Origin: a virus
Lineage: Duplodnaviria > Heunggongvirae > Uroviricota > Caudoviricetes
IMG/VR virus record: IMGVR_UViG_3300025896_000021
DNA: 64,000 nt
Reading direction: 5' to 3' (one strand)
The first letter of the stretch is position 1; each line of letters begins with the position of its first letter. The position numbers and the translations under genes were made by a program. Shown here piece by piece: positions 49,301 to 57,500 of this stretch. The notes beneath the pieces are model-generated. The model made no database searches and was not told where the DNA came from. It saw nothing but the letters and a program-made list of their open reading frames with translations.

Positions 49301-50695
49301 TCCATCCAAGTTTAATGCCGTTGTTCCCGGATTAAATGCAGTAGTACCAAAATTCAATAAACCAAACCAACTACCTGTTGTGAATGTTTGTACTGCTGTA
49401 CCACTACCAGTTAATGCTAAGTCAGGGGACTTCGCTGATGTGCCACCTGTAGTTCCAAACGTATAAGTTCTGGTTACTGATGCATCACTAACAAATGACG
49501 GTGATCCAGTAGAACTATAATTAGTAAGAACAGCCATATCCAATACAGTCTGCGCAGCAGTAGTGTGTGTCAAATATATACTATTTGTACCCCATGCAAT
49601 TGCCCGAATGTTTGTGTTATTGGAACTGAAACTACCAGTAGTTAAATTAAACCCATTTAATAAAAGGCTACCATTCGTTAATGTGGTGGTGACCGCTGCT
49701 CCAGTAGTTAATGCACTACCTAAAGTCCATGCCCCGCCTACTCCATTAAATGTTATCGGACTACTAATTGCTACTGTGTTAGCGGTTACTGTTCTACCCG
49801 AAGTGGTAGAGTTGAATGTTAGCAGACCAGTGGCACTCCAAACTGTTCCCGCATCTAATGACATAGAACCAGAATTTGTAAGTGTACCTGTGGATGTAAA
49901 TGTGGGTGCGCTGGCACTAACAGTCATACCAAAGCATGTTAAAGCACCTGTCATAGTGACAGTATAAGTACCAGCTTGATCAAATGTTACAGAATCAGAC
50001 ACCTTCGGGGCAGGAGCACCACTTGCACCACCTGATGAGAATGCCCAGTTAGTTGTTGTAGCATCCCATGTTCCAGTGCCGCCTACCCAATAGCGGCCGC
50101 TGGGTATGATGGAGAATGTAAAACCAGTCAGCTGGGTTAGAACATCTATTGTTGCGGATCTAATGGTACTAAGGCCTGCTGCTGCTTGAGTCTCATCTAC
50201 AATTAACAAACCGTTAGAAGTTGTATTGGACGATGCATTGACACGAGTTGTAGTAGGGGAACCGGGCGCTGTCCAGTTGCCTCCTGTGTTGGTAGCAGCA
50301 AAAACACTAACTTGAAGTTCATTGGCATAAGTGTTTGTTGTTTGTGAAGAAGTAGTTATAGGGCCTAGAGAAAGAGTTGGTTTATAAACATAACCACTAG
50401 TTACATCAACTGCGCTTGCGCCACGATAAGCAAGCATAACTGCAATAGAGTTAGCGCCGGTTAAGTTTGTTAGTGCTACTGCTGTTTCTGTACCAGTTGC
50501 AATTTTAGAGAGAATGACCACATACATTTGCCCACCTTGTGAGCGAGTTTGTGTCCAACCAGCCGGAGTTGCAACCGTACTTGAACCAGTGACAGTAATT
50601 AGAAGCAAGTCTCCTTGAATAAATCCTGCAGGAACTGCTACTGTAGGATTTACTCCTCCGGCTACAGCACCGGCAGCAACAAATGATACTGCCAT
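34337..50695 (-). CDS. Giant (5452 aa) repeat-rich virion fibre/adhesin
   Basis: RYWVGGTGTW motif, ~19 Thr/Gly-rich repeats marked by S(W/Y)F..L.F, four Gly-rich domains; ATAAATA at 50730-50736. Confidence 0.85.
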   Translation of the reverse strand: MAVSFVAAGAVAGGVNPTVAVPAGFIQGDLLLITVTGSSTVATPAGWTQTRSQGGQMYVVILSKIATGTETAVALTNLTGANSIAVMLAYRGASAVDVTSGYVYKPTLSLGPITTSSQTTNTYANELQVSVFAATNTGGNWTAPGSPTTTRVNASSNTTSNGLLIVDETQAAAGLSTIRSATIDVLTQLTGFTFSIIPSGRYWVGGTGTWDATTTNWAFSSGGASGAPAPKVSDSVTFDQAGTYTVTMTGALTCFGMTVSASAPTFTSTGTLTNSGSMSLDAGTVWSATGLLTFNSTTSGRTVTANTVAISSPITFNGVGGAWTLGSALTTGAAVTTTLTNGSLLLNGFNLTTGSFSSNNTNIRAIAWGTNSIYLTHTTAAQTVLDMAVLTNYSSTGSPSFVSDASVTRTYTFGTTGGTSAKSPDLALTGSGTAVQTFTTGSWFGLLNFGTTAFNPGTTALNLDGLTLSSGGTFTTLTPTMVGTGTIISNGKPLPTLTINSISGTTTLGDALTTVNTATTTLTSGTLALASFTLTTGIFSSSNTTIRAIAFDTGNIVLAHPTAATTVLNMAIVTNLTTTATTGGFVTAASITRTFTFGTTSGTSINAPNLAITSGAAIPTITTNSWFNTLDFTGSTCTPAATTVNVSTLTLASGGTYTALIPSFTRTQTWTSQFSKQLGGMVFNLSGGTLTLDGTPTFVPTAAFTLTAGTLNLTGDLTIGTFSSTNTNTRSITFGTSSIILSTTTAAATNLNMATATGFSCTGTGGFNAAANITRSFTFGTTGGTSANAPNLTFTTGTAIQTLTTASYFNKLDFGTTAFVLPGTGLNVNDLVLSTGGTYTSLTPTMVGSGTIVSNGKPISGLVINTLSTFYLPSNLPFGAATSSINLNSGTFDLNGRDLTIGSFTASSTLARSIAFGTNKIILATTAAGTNVLSVANASNFTYTGTGQFESDASVTRSYIFGTSGTAPTAANAPKIKLTGTGAGIATFSTGSWFNTLDFGTTAFAVPTTSVNVSTIILNTGGTYTGLTIVGIGTGSVTTAGKTIAALTVNSTAITTLNDALTTVVTGTTTLTSGTLNLNDFTLTTGIFNTNGIIVRSIAFGTGNIVLTHTTVAVVVLEVSDATNFSYTGTGGFVTGMNVTRTLRFGYIAGGSSTNAPNLSITSGAEVPTFTNGSWFNTLNFTGSTCTPAMSAITLGIYVSTLTLATGGTYTGLIPVFTRTQTWSSQFSKQLGGIGFNLGSGTLTLDGTQTYTATSIFLLVLGTLDLGSSDLTIGTFSSTNTNTRSISFGSNNIILATTTAAAVNLNIATATNFTYIGTGGFVAAADITRTFTFGTTGGTTNNSPNLTFTTGVAIQTLTSSSWFNKLDFGTTAFNPGTTTLNLDSLALSSAAGVYTTMTINMVGTGTIKSNGNATLAILNINSVSGTTTLVDAFSLTAGGTTTLTTGILDLGGFTLTTGVFSSTNTNERSIIFGSTNIVLTNTIAGNSALVMAIATNFTYTGTGAFTSAMTTSRRFDFGRSGGATLTNAPNLSITSGASEVLMYTGSYFKTVDYTGSTSTVAGSSTGVTGSFNTQSLILGDGTYTLMTINMVGMSTINGNSKSIAALTINHDSTTSLVGTVTVVGTTTFGATLAPTLDLNGYDLTTGSFASSYNTVRSIIFGTNYIVTTTAGIDMPIADNFTYTGTGGFKGSMGVAQSFNFGSTSGADTSNAINLFVASGSAPFDSVNNSWFKKLDFTGSTGTSAPAIINVNELILSSSGTYLALTANMFGPASTISGNGKSVNTFTIPTTGTTTLLSALGVNAHTQLINTTLDLAGFAFTSLGVINYNGGVILNFGNISCTTFTLNGPTLVLDSGSINCSISFVINSGSYTLAALGSMGPTPLFTHTSGDVIFGKDYSLTTTGIYALTSGTLDLGGFTLTTGIFSSSNANTRAIAFGSGSIVLTNTVTNINCLSMADATNFSYTGIGGFVAAADIVGRRFDFGRTAGGTDSNAPNLSITSGSNEILFFSTSWFNKLDLTGSTCIVSGSATGTLVTLNLKSLTLGGAASYANLTANIVDTGTINGNGKSMFVLVVNHIGTTTFTGSLTVSGTYTQTSGDIDFGTYNLTCAGAIAYTSGTYANTGIISCTTFTVNGNFTLTNGTLTPSTSFILASGTFEYVGGTLSPAPAFIHTSGVATFSKAYALTATGTYTLTAGYIVLNGYNLTTGIFSSSNANIREISFGLNDIILATSTAAAVNLNMSTATNFSCTGIGGFRAAADITRTFAFGNTIGGTTANAPNLTFTTGAAVQTLTTASWFNSLNFGTTSFNPGTTTLNLTTLLLSINGTYTALSPNMIGTGTINTAGKTIGSFTVNTLGTVTLASNIQCANYFQLDGFIDYQTYTINSTGAMSYTGGTLTDATITCASVTISTGVFSFISGVINTPTFTVASGTFNYVGGDLSSVTNFTHTSGTVNMTSDLTLAPNSTYTFTAGTLAMNDFTLSTGIFSSTGIIARSILFGTGNIMLTHTTAAQTVLSMADATNFNYTGTGGFRTTADVTKTFTVGSTLGANFNNAPSLAITSGSAVPTITTNSWFKVLDFTGSTCTPAATTVNIDTLLLDATGTYTGLIPCFTRTQTWTSQHSKQLGGIGVNRLFTTVTLDGTQTYTATSVCSVIAGTLDLGGYDLTIGSFISSGTSIRSVVFKNTNIILNTTTAGAVLSVADATNFSYTSISGGFVSDATIARTYQFGSTLGASTANAPNLLINSGTAIPSITTNSWFNTLDFTGSSCTPAATVVNVNNLTLSSGGTFTGISATMRSNGIITPNGKSIAALVINHTDLGTTSLAGALTCTTHTYTTGNIDFNNFNLTGTVAIYSSGSFSNINVFVCTSFNIAGNFVLDNGIITPSSAITLNSGSLTYLGGTISPVATFNHNAGTVTLGKSYALTVNGTYTLTAGSLNLNNYNLSTGIFSSTGIVARSIEFGTGNITLTHTTVATTVLSMAVVTNFTTSGTGGFVTAASITRTFTFGTTGGSETNAVSLAITSGSAVPTITTNSWFNKLDFTGSTCAPIAAAAYVNTLILATGGDYTGLVARFTRTQTWSMQYGKQLGGMGFNLAGGTLTLDGTQTFPAISSFLLQAGKLNLGGYDFSIGTFSANSTAELIAFGTNNIVLTTTATLVTALNFGNATNFTCTGTGGFVIPADRERTFVFGTTGGTSANAPNLTFTGSGTAIQTLTTGSWFNKLDFGTTAFSPSVTTLNLNGLTLSSGGGSYTALIVNLVGSGIIIGNGTASLGGLTINHSATTTLGGNFAVNYVLNCSVTLTSGTLALAGYTLTTAAFISTNTNTRSIAFGTGNIVLSVPSGSAVLNLDMADATNFTCTGTGGFTSAMSVDRTFTFGSTTGGSVSNAPNLSITSGAAIPTITSGSWFNALNFTGSTCTPAATTVNVSTLTLATAGTYTGLTPLFTRTQTWTSQYSKTLAGIGFNLIDGTLTLDGTQTYSATGSFSLVAGTLNLGGVNQTFGRFISNTTDTRSIAFGTNNIILATTTAAVVNLSMPTATNFSYTGTGGFTSAMSVARTFNFGSTAGGTSVNAPNLSLTSGASIPTFISGSWFNTLNFTGSSSTPDVATLNLNSLTLPGTGTYTNLTVNMVGNGTINGNSKTIGALTVNSNNPNTTEQYKVVTFNSSGSITFPASNAPPTVEYLVVGGGGGGGGGAQRGGGGGGAGGLVAGTSSITSGISYPVTVGSGGAATVIADSAGAVGTASSFSGVTGNGGGGGGYQDINGPTTGACGGGGSQNGNQAGAAGNQGYGGGQGFDGGTPGPWRGGGGGGMGAIGDNGSVGGAGGVGLLNSISGTSSYYAGGGGGGAQSTSAGAGGNGGGGAGGSDSNGSNGTANKGGGGGGGGFNGGTGLGGGGGSGLVSIRYLATYADPTSTTGSPAVYTIAVPLVAVTQTTSDIVTLSSALFVTGTTTLTFGKINLNNFTLSTSSFISSNTNVRAIDFGSGNIAISTAAAAGTAVLSMADATNFTCTGTGGFTSALSVAQTFRFGSTAGGSSTKAPNLSIYSGTAIPTIITNSWFNTLNFTGSSSTPAVTTVNVNSIILATGGTYTNLTVNMVGTGTITSNGKTIAALNINSNNPDVLVPYKVYTFNSSGSITFPASNAPPTVEYLVAAGGGGGGGGIGAGGGGGGGGAGGLILSSASIVPGSSYSIAVGSGGIAATGISGTSGSISSFHDSIAIGGGYGGQRVPGGAGGSGGGGGGGLGTRIGGLGTAGQGNNGGAAAAAGPANADSSGGGGGAGFAAADAVATVASSGGDGLSSVIAGTETYYAGGGGGGGNTTPGAGGNGGGGAGGGNLQNGSAGTSNTGGGGGGGGGGNTSGGAGGSGVVIISYMSVYADPSSTTGSPNVSTIIAIPLIASSPDIVTLSGALTVTGVTSLTLGKLNLNNFTLTTAGFSSSNTNVRVLAFGTGNIALTSTTASTTVLSMDDATNFSYTGTGGFTSAMSVTRTFTFGSTAGGSIFNAMNLSLTSGASTITLTSGSWFKVLAVTGTTSTIAATTLYVDTLTLATGGTYTGLTPVFTRTQIWTMQFAKQLAGIGVNSVDATLTLDGTQTYATTSKLLLTAGTLDLGGSNVTFGSVVSSNNNARAIVFGSNNITLATTVADTEVLSMADATNFTCTGTGGFTAGMNVTRTFSFGSTTGGSATSAPNLSITSGANLLTISNGSWFRVLDFTGSTSEIIPTTLNVDTLTLATGGTYTSLTSVFTRTQTWTSQFSKVLSGIGVNKAGATLTLDGTQTLAVMSNIVVNAGTLNLAGYDISCYNFSSTGTGSRVITGASAITVTNNWSVINGTGLDTSGCTINMVAQATKTFAGAGGTYGTLVQKSKYPLLITGSNSFESVQVSSDMVEFVTAMIPIGEMSYTTPGTYTWTAPAYVTSVSVVTVGGGGSGGIGSTGGAMGGGGGALAWKNNISVTPGQSYTVVVGAGGAAQVNQSSSNTGFSGGDSYFLSTTTVRAGGGTGGNCSGTLVPGGAVLAGDGGGAGGRVSFIWGGAGGAGGYNGNSGTGGQGGDSSGLSAGAGQNGGGGGGNGTTSVGNGTGSGGGVGIMGLGANGSAASSGITSASGSPGSGGSGKLYGGGGNGLYTFGGNSGPGGDGAVRIIWGYKRSFPVDTPVTVDMMIVGGGGGSQIGAGDANSGIGGGGGGGVVLTTYTIPQSVIVSQTAIVVTVGTGGYNSNGSNSTVAAADNTFSLTALGGGASGTFQVNGTAGGSGGGGGGRDYPPGTGGTGLQPTSASGGYGNNGGNCRTGNEGGGTSAGGGGGGAGAVGGYGVSQLGGVGGVGIASTLIGASIALTLGVGEISGSSVYFAGGGGGMANGSGGAGGLGGGAVGASSTYQGSGSAASTQSNSTGVRNGKTNTGGGAGGAAAGYTYGGTGGSGIVIIRQLLTTSPPAAATGGCTVVYDGLYILYIFKSSGTITL

Positions 50696-50746
50696 ACTTT
50701 ACCCCTGACCCGCTTGTTTCATTGACCGGTATTTATTTGCCATATG

Positions 50747-50974
50747 TTATACTATTGGAGTTTCTGTTACGGGAACTTCTTCAGTTGGCATAGCATTAAT
50801 AATAGCTAACCAGCTGTCATATCTTTCTTGCTTAATTGCATCAATAGATGCACTAGATGTTGCATCGTATTCTGTTTGTGCCATCCATATTGCATCTCGG
50901 TAAAGTTGAGCTCCTTCACCTTTTTCAAAGATCACTTGTACTTGTTCACCGATGCGATTGATAATATCTGCCAT
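50747..50974 (-). CDS. Small acidic protein, possible fibre accessory
   Basis: 75 aa with AAGGA RBS; YRDAI..., KQERYDSW. Confidence 0.65.
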   Translation of the reverse strand: MADIINRIGEQVQVIFEKGEGAQLYRDAIWMAQTEYDATSSASIDAIKQERYDSWLAIINAMPTEEVPVTETPIV

Positions 50975-50992
50975 ATTCTATTTCCTTAAAGT

Positions 50993-51565
50993 TTAAAAGC
51001 CAAAGTTCTTAGCTAATAAATGCCATTTGTTAGTTGCACTATTATATATGAAACCCATATAGTCATATTTATCACTACCTGTAGACACGGTTGGCAATGC
51101 TAAATCAGCAGATCCAGCAAAGATAATATTCCATGCAAATTCTTGAATGTTAATAGACTGTATTCTGAATATAATTTTTTGCCCATCAAAGAATGACCCG
51201 GTTACTGCATTGATAGTTAATATACCTGCGACTTGCGTATTAATCTGTGATGCAATGTCAGTTACATCAGCGTTCATGGTGACAGATGTTGCATCTGTTA
51301 TAACTACTACTCTTGGTTTAACTGGGCCGCTGATGCCGCTAGTCGCAACTAAATTAGTAGCATGAAGATTACCGTTATAGTTTAATCTACTAGTATCAAC
51401 CGGATCAGTAGTACTATTATTAAATTGTCCATTGGCGACGTTGCTACCGTTATATGCGATAAACGATGACAAGTCATCGCTTGCGGTTACACCACGATCA
51501 CCGGGTAAAGTACCGCTAGTTAAAACCGCGGCATTTCCAAAAGATAATTGACTAGCTACACTCAT
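50993..51565 (-). CDS. Putative tail-fibre-associated protein
   Basis: GQKIIFRI...W...LPT.S....DYMGFIYN....KW C-terminal module. Confidence 0.6.
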   Translation of the reverse strand: MSVASQLSFGNAAVLTSGTLPGDRGVTASDDLSSFIAYNGSNVANGQFNNSTTDPVDTSRLNYNGNLHATNLVATSGISGPVKPRVVVITDATSVTMNADVTDIASQINTQVAGILTINAVTGSFFDGQKIIFRIQSINIQEFAWNIIFAGSADLALPTVSTGSDKYDYMGFIYNSATNKWHLLAKNFGF

Positions 51566-51582
51566 TGTTTTTTCCTGTTATA

Positions 51583-54477
51583 TTAAGCCTGTGCTTCGCC
51601 CCAGCGTAGAAGCGTGGTTGCAATTGCTGTTCCTGAAACAATTCTAACGTTGATAGCTAAAATGTCCGGACCGTTTGGATATGCGCCAACTCCGCCGAAT
51701 GGGCTATTTGTTAATTCTTTTAGTTCTAGTAGGTCAAGTTTACTATCATTATTGGGAGTTGCTGAGAACGCAAATACCTGTTCTCCTGGAATAGCAAAAC
51801 TACCCGATGACCAAGATACGCTTGTAGCAACTTGCGCAAGACTAGGTTGACCACCTTGACTTTCTAAGTTCAATGATGTCCAAGTAGCACTATTGAAGTT
51901 CTTTGGATTTAAAATACCTTCAACAATAACTGATCCGGGACTTGATGCCCCACTATAGGTTTGTATACCCACTGAATTAAGTAACAACTGACTTCTGTTC
52001 AATAAATCTTTTGCTCCTAAATCACCGATCTGTGAGTTGCTAACGCTTGGTGCTAGACGAATCAAGAACATAGTTGTTGCGACTGTAGTAATTGAAACTG
52101 CAGGACGCTGATAGTTAAAGATGTACCCACGATCTTGATCAAACAAACCGTCACATATTAAAGCACTACCCCAGTGAGTTAGTGTTGGGCTACATGTATT
52201 AGATACTAAGATAACACCGGTATTCGCAGTGTGCGCAGCTGCCGCGCCTGCAGCACCTTCTCTGAATGATCCAGATACCCACTGTGTCAATGTAGCAGCA
52301 CGGGTACATCCGGTGAAGGTTGTCGCTGTTTTACCGGTATAGCTAATCATTTCATTATCAATGTATACTGTAGCAGCACTTGGGAAATACGTTGTGTCGT
52401 TGATTGCCAGTGTTGTTGTAGTGTCAGTGACATCCGCGGTTAAGTAGCATAATGCAGGACTTCCGTCATTGTCAATACTATAACGAACTGGCAAGTTACC
52501 TGTACGCATGTGCGCTTCAGTGTTAACGTTGTTATTCTTCATGCGGTGAGCATAGACCCAATTACCATCACTGCCGCGACACATGAAGTCAATAAAGCCT
52601 GCGCCGTACCATGTATATTGCAGTCCCATCATTTGCATTTTACTAGGGTTAATGACGTATCCACTAGGTCCGGTACCATCTAGCTTATCAATATTAAAAT
52701 CACTTTGCTTAACACGAGTTTCTTGAACTACTGAGGCTTTGACACCTGATGCGTTAGATACGCCCCTGTAGTCAGGAGTGACAGTCATTGAAGTGTTACT
52801 TGAAACTTGAGTCACATACTGTGTCATGCCACGAATGACAACTTTATCACCAACCTTGACTTGTTGAGTGAATCTAGTATTATTACCAGTTACAACATTA
52901 GAGTTTGCATTAATTGATAGTGTTCCGGATAGCTGTTGAGTAGCTCTGCGTCTGACAACTGATAGTATTGTACCGGTATAGTCCCAGAACATACCATTTT
53001 GATCGTCAAAGCATCCTGCACGTGCAACTGCACCGTGCCAGTTAGTTACACTGATTGAGGATACTAAATCTAGTACCGGTTCAACTGCACCCAATACGCT
53101 AGTTGATAAAAATGTGAAAGTGTAATCATCTATGATGTTGGATACAATATATGAACCATTGTAGCCGCTTGTTGCTACACCAGTAAGAGTTATCTCTGCA
53201 CCTATTTGTAACCCATGATCCACATCATCAGTTTTGCAAGTGATAATTGAACCAATGATAGTCCCATCTGCTCCTATTGACTGTACATCATAACTAGGTC
53301 TAAATATTGTACCAGTAGACCATAACAAACCCTTACCTGATTGATATCTAAAATATTTTTTACTTACACGTACAGTACTTGCACCAAATGTAGGGGTTTT
53401 ACAACTAATCAGTACGCCACCGTCAAACGGACGATGAACAACTGAGCTATTTGAAAGCGCATAGATAGTAGGAGTACCGGGAGTTACAATGCCGCCGGTT
53501 CTTGCAGTAAACACAATACTAGTTAGTGTGGGGACACTAGAAATAACAAACTGACCAGTAGCTAGTAAAGGATTTGTTCCACCTGTCATACTACAGTAGA
53601 TAGGGCAGTTAGGAACTAGACCGTGATTTGAACTAAAATTTACTGTAATCACTGATGGATTAGCTCCGCTACTAGTAGCAGTAGTAGCAGCTAAACTAGC
53701 TCCGGTATATACGTTACCTTTCTTCAGTAACGTAAAATCAGTATACAAACTTTGGCCGGTGACTGTACCGACTACGCCATTAGCAAAATAACGAATTGAT
53801 GTAGTAGTAGGAACATCGTATACGATATAGTTTCCGTCAGCACGACTGAAGCCGGCAATTGCTGAATTCAGTCCGGTAATATTAAGAGCTTGTCCCGCAA
53901 CAAGGCCATGTGCACCTGAAGTAGTAATTCTTATCAAACTATTGCTTGTGCTAGTGGTAGTATAATCAGTCGTGATAGCAGTAGCAGTTAAATCAATGCC
54001 AGGGTATTCATAGATAGAAGGGTAGCCACGCATCAACCCGTAGCCTGCCCACTTAGTAGGTTGCAAGCCATATTCAAAGTCAGCGTCAATCATTGACTGC
54101 GGGGTTGACACACGCATACGCTCAATTGCGTCAGTACCAAAAAACCACGGGCGGACTGTTACGCCATTTTCAATTTCTTCATAAAAAATCTGTAGAGAAT
54201 CAGTACTTAGTTGTCCAACTGTACTAGCACCTAAGGTGATAATAGTATATCCACCTGATCTCTGAAGTAAATTTGGAATTGATTCAGAATTTTCAAGCAC
54301 AACGTCTACTGTTGTGCCTGCATAACTTGCATCTGCAAAGTTATATATGATTGTATTTCTAGTCGTATTGGTAATTACCAATAATTGTTCCAACCGCACA
54401 TTACCTGGAATTTGTATTGTTCCTACATTGCTTGCGCCTGGTGTAAATGTGTACGATGTTGCTAACGTTTTTGCCAT
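51583..54477 (-). CDS. Virion structural protein (964 aa)
   Basis: IDADFEYGLQPTKW, three HGL-type beta modules, FRYQSGKG, WYGAG, W.EAQA end; ATAAATA at 54495-54501. Confidence 0.7.
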   Translation of the reverse strand: MAKTLATSYTFTPGASNVGTIQIPGNVRLEQLLVITNTTRNTIIYNFADASYAGTTVDVVLENSESIPNLLQRSGGYTIITLGASTVGQLSTDSLQIFYEEIENGVTVRPWFFGTDAIERMRVSTPQSMIDADFEYGLQPTKWAGYGLMRGYPSIYEYPGIDLTATAITTDYTTTSTSNSLIRITTSGAHGLVAGQALNITGLNSAIAGFSRADGNYIVYDVPTTTSIRYFANGVVGTVTGQSLYTDFTLLKKGNVYTGASLAATTATSSGANPSVITVNFSSNHGLVPNCPIYCSMTGGTNPLLATGQFVISSVPTLTSIVFTARTGGIVTPGTPTIYALSNSSVVHRPFDGGVLISCKTPTFGASTVRVSKKYFRYQSGKGLLWSTGTIFRPSYDVQSIGADGTIIGSIITCKTDDVDHGLQIGAEITLTGVATSGYNGSYIVSNIIDDYTFTFLSTSVLGAVEPVLDLVSSISVTNWHGAVARAGCFDDQNGMFWDYTGTILSVVRRRATQQLSGTLSINANSNVVTGNNTRFTQQVKVGDKVVIRGMTQYVTQVSSNTSMTVTPDYRGVSNASGVKASVVQETRVKQSDFNIDKLDGTGPSGYVINPSKMQMMGLQYTWYGAGFIDFMCRGSDGNWVYAHRMKNNNVNTEAHMRTGNLPVRYSIDNDGSPALCYLTADVTDTTTTLAINDTTYFPSAATVYIDNEMISYTGKTATTFTGCTRAATLTQWVSGSFREGAAGAAAAHTANTGVILVSNTCSPTLTHWGSALICDGLFDQDRGYIFNYQRPAVSITTVATTMFLIRLAPSVSNSQIGDLGAKDLLNRSQLLLNSVGIQTYSGASSPGSVIVEGILNPKNFNSATWTSLNLESQGGQPSLAQVATSVSWSSGSFAIPGEQVFAFSATPNNDSKLDLLELKELTNSPFGGVGAYPNGPDILAINVRIVSGTAIATTLLRWGEAQA

Positions 54478-54508
54478 AATTCTTCCTTATCAGATATTTA
54501 TCTACGTG

Positions 54509-57500
54509 TTACATACCCATTGCAATACTCATTGCGATTGCAAAAGATTGAATAGAGTTGATATTAATTGCTGGACTAACCATACTAGAAATAATTCTAA
54601 CGATGTCACCTACATTTCTAGCGTCAACTAATACAACAGTAGCACCGTTTGAAGCAGCATAGTCATTGTTGTTCATTTGAATACCGTTAACGAATACTAA
54701 CACAGACCCAACATTATACCCGCCTAGAACAGTGAATGTTGTCTGGTCTTCAGTAGCTACAAATTCTTGTATAGCACCTGTTGCGCCTCCGCCCCCGCCT
54801 GATTGACCTACCCAAGATAGATTTCCGGAACCGTTAGTGGATAACACGTATCCAGACGAGCCACCGGGAATAGTTAAGTTACTTAATGAACCTAAGTCAT
54901 TACGACTTCCGGTTAGTGATAAATTTCCTGCTACGTTGGCGGGACCAGTGATGTTTGCGTATCCTGTAACGTTCACCCCAGTTGATGAAACAACAAATAT
55001 GTTTGCATTTCCATTCACTGAGGTAGTTACATTGCCACCACTAAGGTCTATACTTACATTACTAGTACCATTGAGTATATTAGAGCCGCCACCGCCAGTG
55101 CCTGCTGCTGAAGTAGCCCAGTATACCGTGTTGTTACCATATGTTGTTAGAACTTGTCCGTTCGCTCCGCCAGCGATATGTAAATTGCTAGCTGCACCTA
55201 ATGTTACATTACTTGTGTTGGCTAAATTAACAACACCGTTACTTGTTATCCCAGTTAATGTGCCTACTGAGGTGATGTTTGGTTGAGCATTTGTCGTTAC
55301 GACTCCGGCAACTGCTGCGTTGAGATTTGCTACTTGAGTTGTACTCAATACTAATAACGGGGCAGTACCTGAGGCTAATGTTGAGATTAGTTGCCCGGTT
55401 GCGCTGACATTACTACCACTAACATTGCTAGTTGCAGTAACATGTCCTGCAACGTTTGCGCCAGTGCCAGTGACTACTATTATATTAGCGTTACCGTTAA
55501 CTGAGGTACTTATGTTACCATTTGTAGTAACTATCAAGTTACTCGTGCCACTTGACATGAGAGCAATACCAGTTAATGCTGCACCATTACCAATGAAGAA
55601 CGGGGCAGTCACGTTACCTGTTATGTTTGCATAACCTGCAATATTTGCACCAGTCTTAGTAACAATCATCACATTAGCAGTACCATTAACTGATGTAATT
55701 ACACTGCCACCTGCTGTTGGTATAGCTACATTACTATTACCATTCACAGTAGTACTTGCTGCATCCACACCTGTTAAGAATGCACCATTACCAACAAAAT
55801 AGTTAGCAGTTACATTACCTACAACGGTTACTGCCGAACCAGTAACTGTCATTACATTGGCATTGCCTGCGCTAGATACAGTGACATTGCCGTTTAAGAA
55901 AGCCCTTACGTTAGCAGTACCGTTACTTATAGCAGCACCAGTTGTGCCGCCACCGGGTGCTGCCCAACTTAGTGTACCTGAGCCATCTGTTTGTAGTACG
56001 TAACCGGTTGTGCCGCCTGCAATGTGCAGATTGCCAGCGTCACCGAGTGTAACATTACTAGTATTAGCAAAATTAACAACGCCGTTACTTGTCAAACCAG
56101 TTAATGTACCGTGACTAGTGATATTTGGTTGTGCTGCCGTTATAACTGTGCCGGCAGTAGCTGCATTCAAGTTAGCTACTTGAGTAGTTGAAGTTACTGC
56201 TAGTGGCGCTGTGCCGGTTACAACTGTTGAAACATACTGCCCGCTTATGTTTGCATTGCCCGCAACAATGATACTTGTTCCAGACACTGTTACTACGTTG
56301 GCATTGCCTGAAACGCCCATAGTAATATTGCCGTTAACGGCATCAACACTTACGTTACTAGAACCATTTGATACAGTTGCAGTGGTGATCTGTAGTCCAG
56401 TTAAATAATAACCATTGCCCTTAACGTATGATGCATTTACGTTACCTGCTACGTTTGCATAACCAGCAACATTAATCCCGATTCCAGTGATAGTTATCAC
56501 ATCGGCATTGCCAGTGACACCTATTGTAACATTACCATTCAATGATGGAATATTTATGTTACTCGTACCGTTTGAAATATTAGCCGGGTTAGTAGCAACA
56601 CCTGTCAATAGTGAACCATTACCGATGAAGTAAGAAGCAGATACGTTACCCGTTACGTTTGCATAACCTGAAATGTTTGCGCCAGTTTTAGCGACAATCA
56701 GTACGTTAGCAGTACCGTTAACTGATGTAATTACATTTCCTCCGCTAATAGCAATGCTTACATTACTATTGCCATTAGACATGTTGCTAGGTGTTACATC
56801 AACACCAGTTAAGAATGCACCATTACCAATGAAGTACGGAGCAGATACGTTACCCGTTACGTTTGCATAACCTTTGATGTTTGCACCAGTGCTAGTGAAT
56901 ACTGCTGTGTTAGCAGTACCGGCTACCGTTAGTGAAATATTACTGTTAGGTGAAATTGTAATTGAACTATTACCCACCGCTAACGCATTAGCAGTATTAG
57001 CAGTTCCTGCATCAATATTTGTTAAGTAGTATCCATTACCTTTAATATAGTTTGCGCCTAAATCAATATTGCCTTTAACAGACATTCCATTACTCGCTAC
57101 TACTACTACATTAGCAACGCCACCGATACTAATATTAAAATTACCGTTTACTGCAGGGGCACTGACGTTACTAGTACCATTACTTATATACGATGCTGCA
57201 TATCCTAATTGTGTGGCCCAGCTTAGATTCCCCGAACCATCAGTAGTCAAGTAATAACCACTAGTGCCACCTGATATATGTAAATTACCGACTGCACCTA
57301 GGGAGACGTTGCTTGTATTCGCTAGATCCACTACCCCATTACTAGTTAATCCAGTTAATGTACCTACCGAAGTGATGTTTGGCTGTGCAGAAAATGCTAC
57401 AGTACCAGTATAGTTAGCGTAATTTGAACTAGATGAAGTAAGCCCAGTCAACAAACTACCGTTGCCGATGAAGAAATTAGCGGTAACTGCATTGCCTAAG

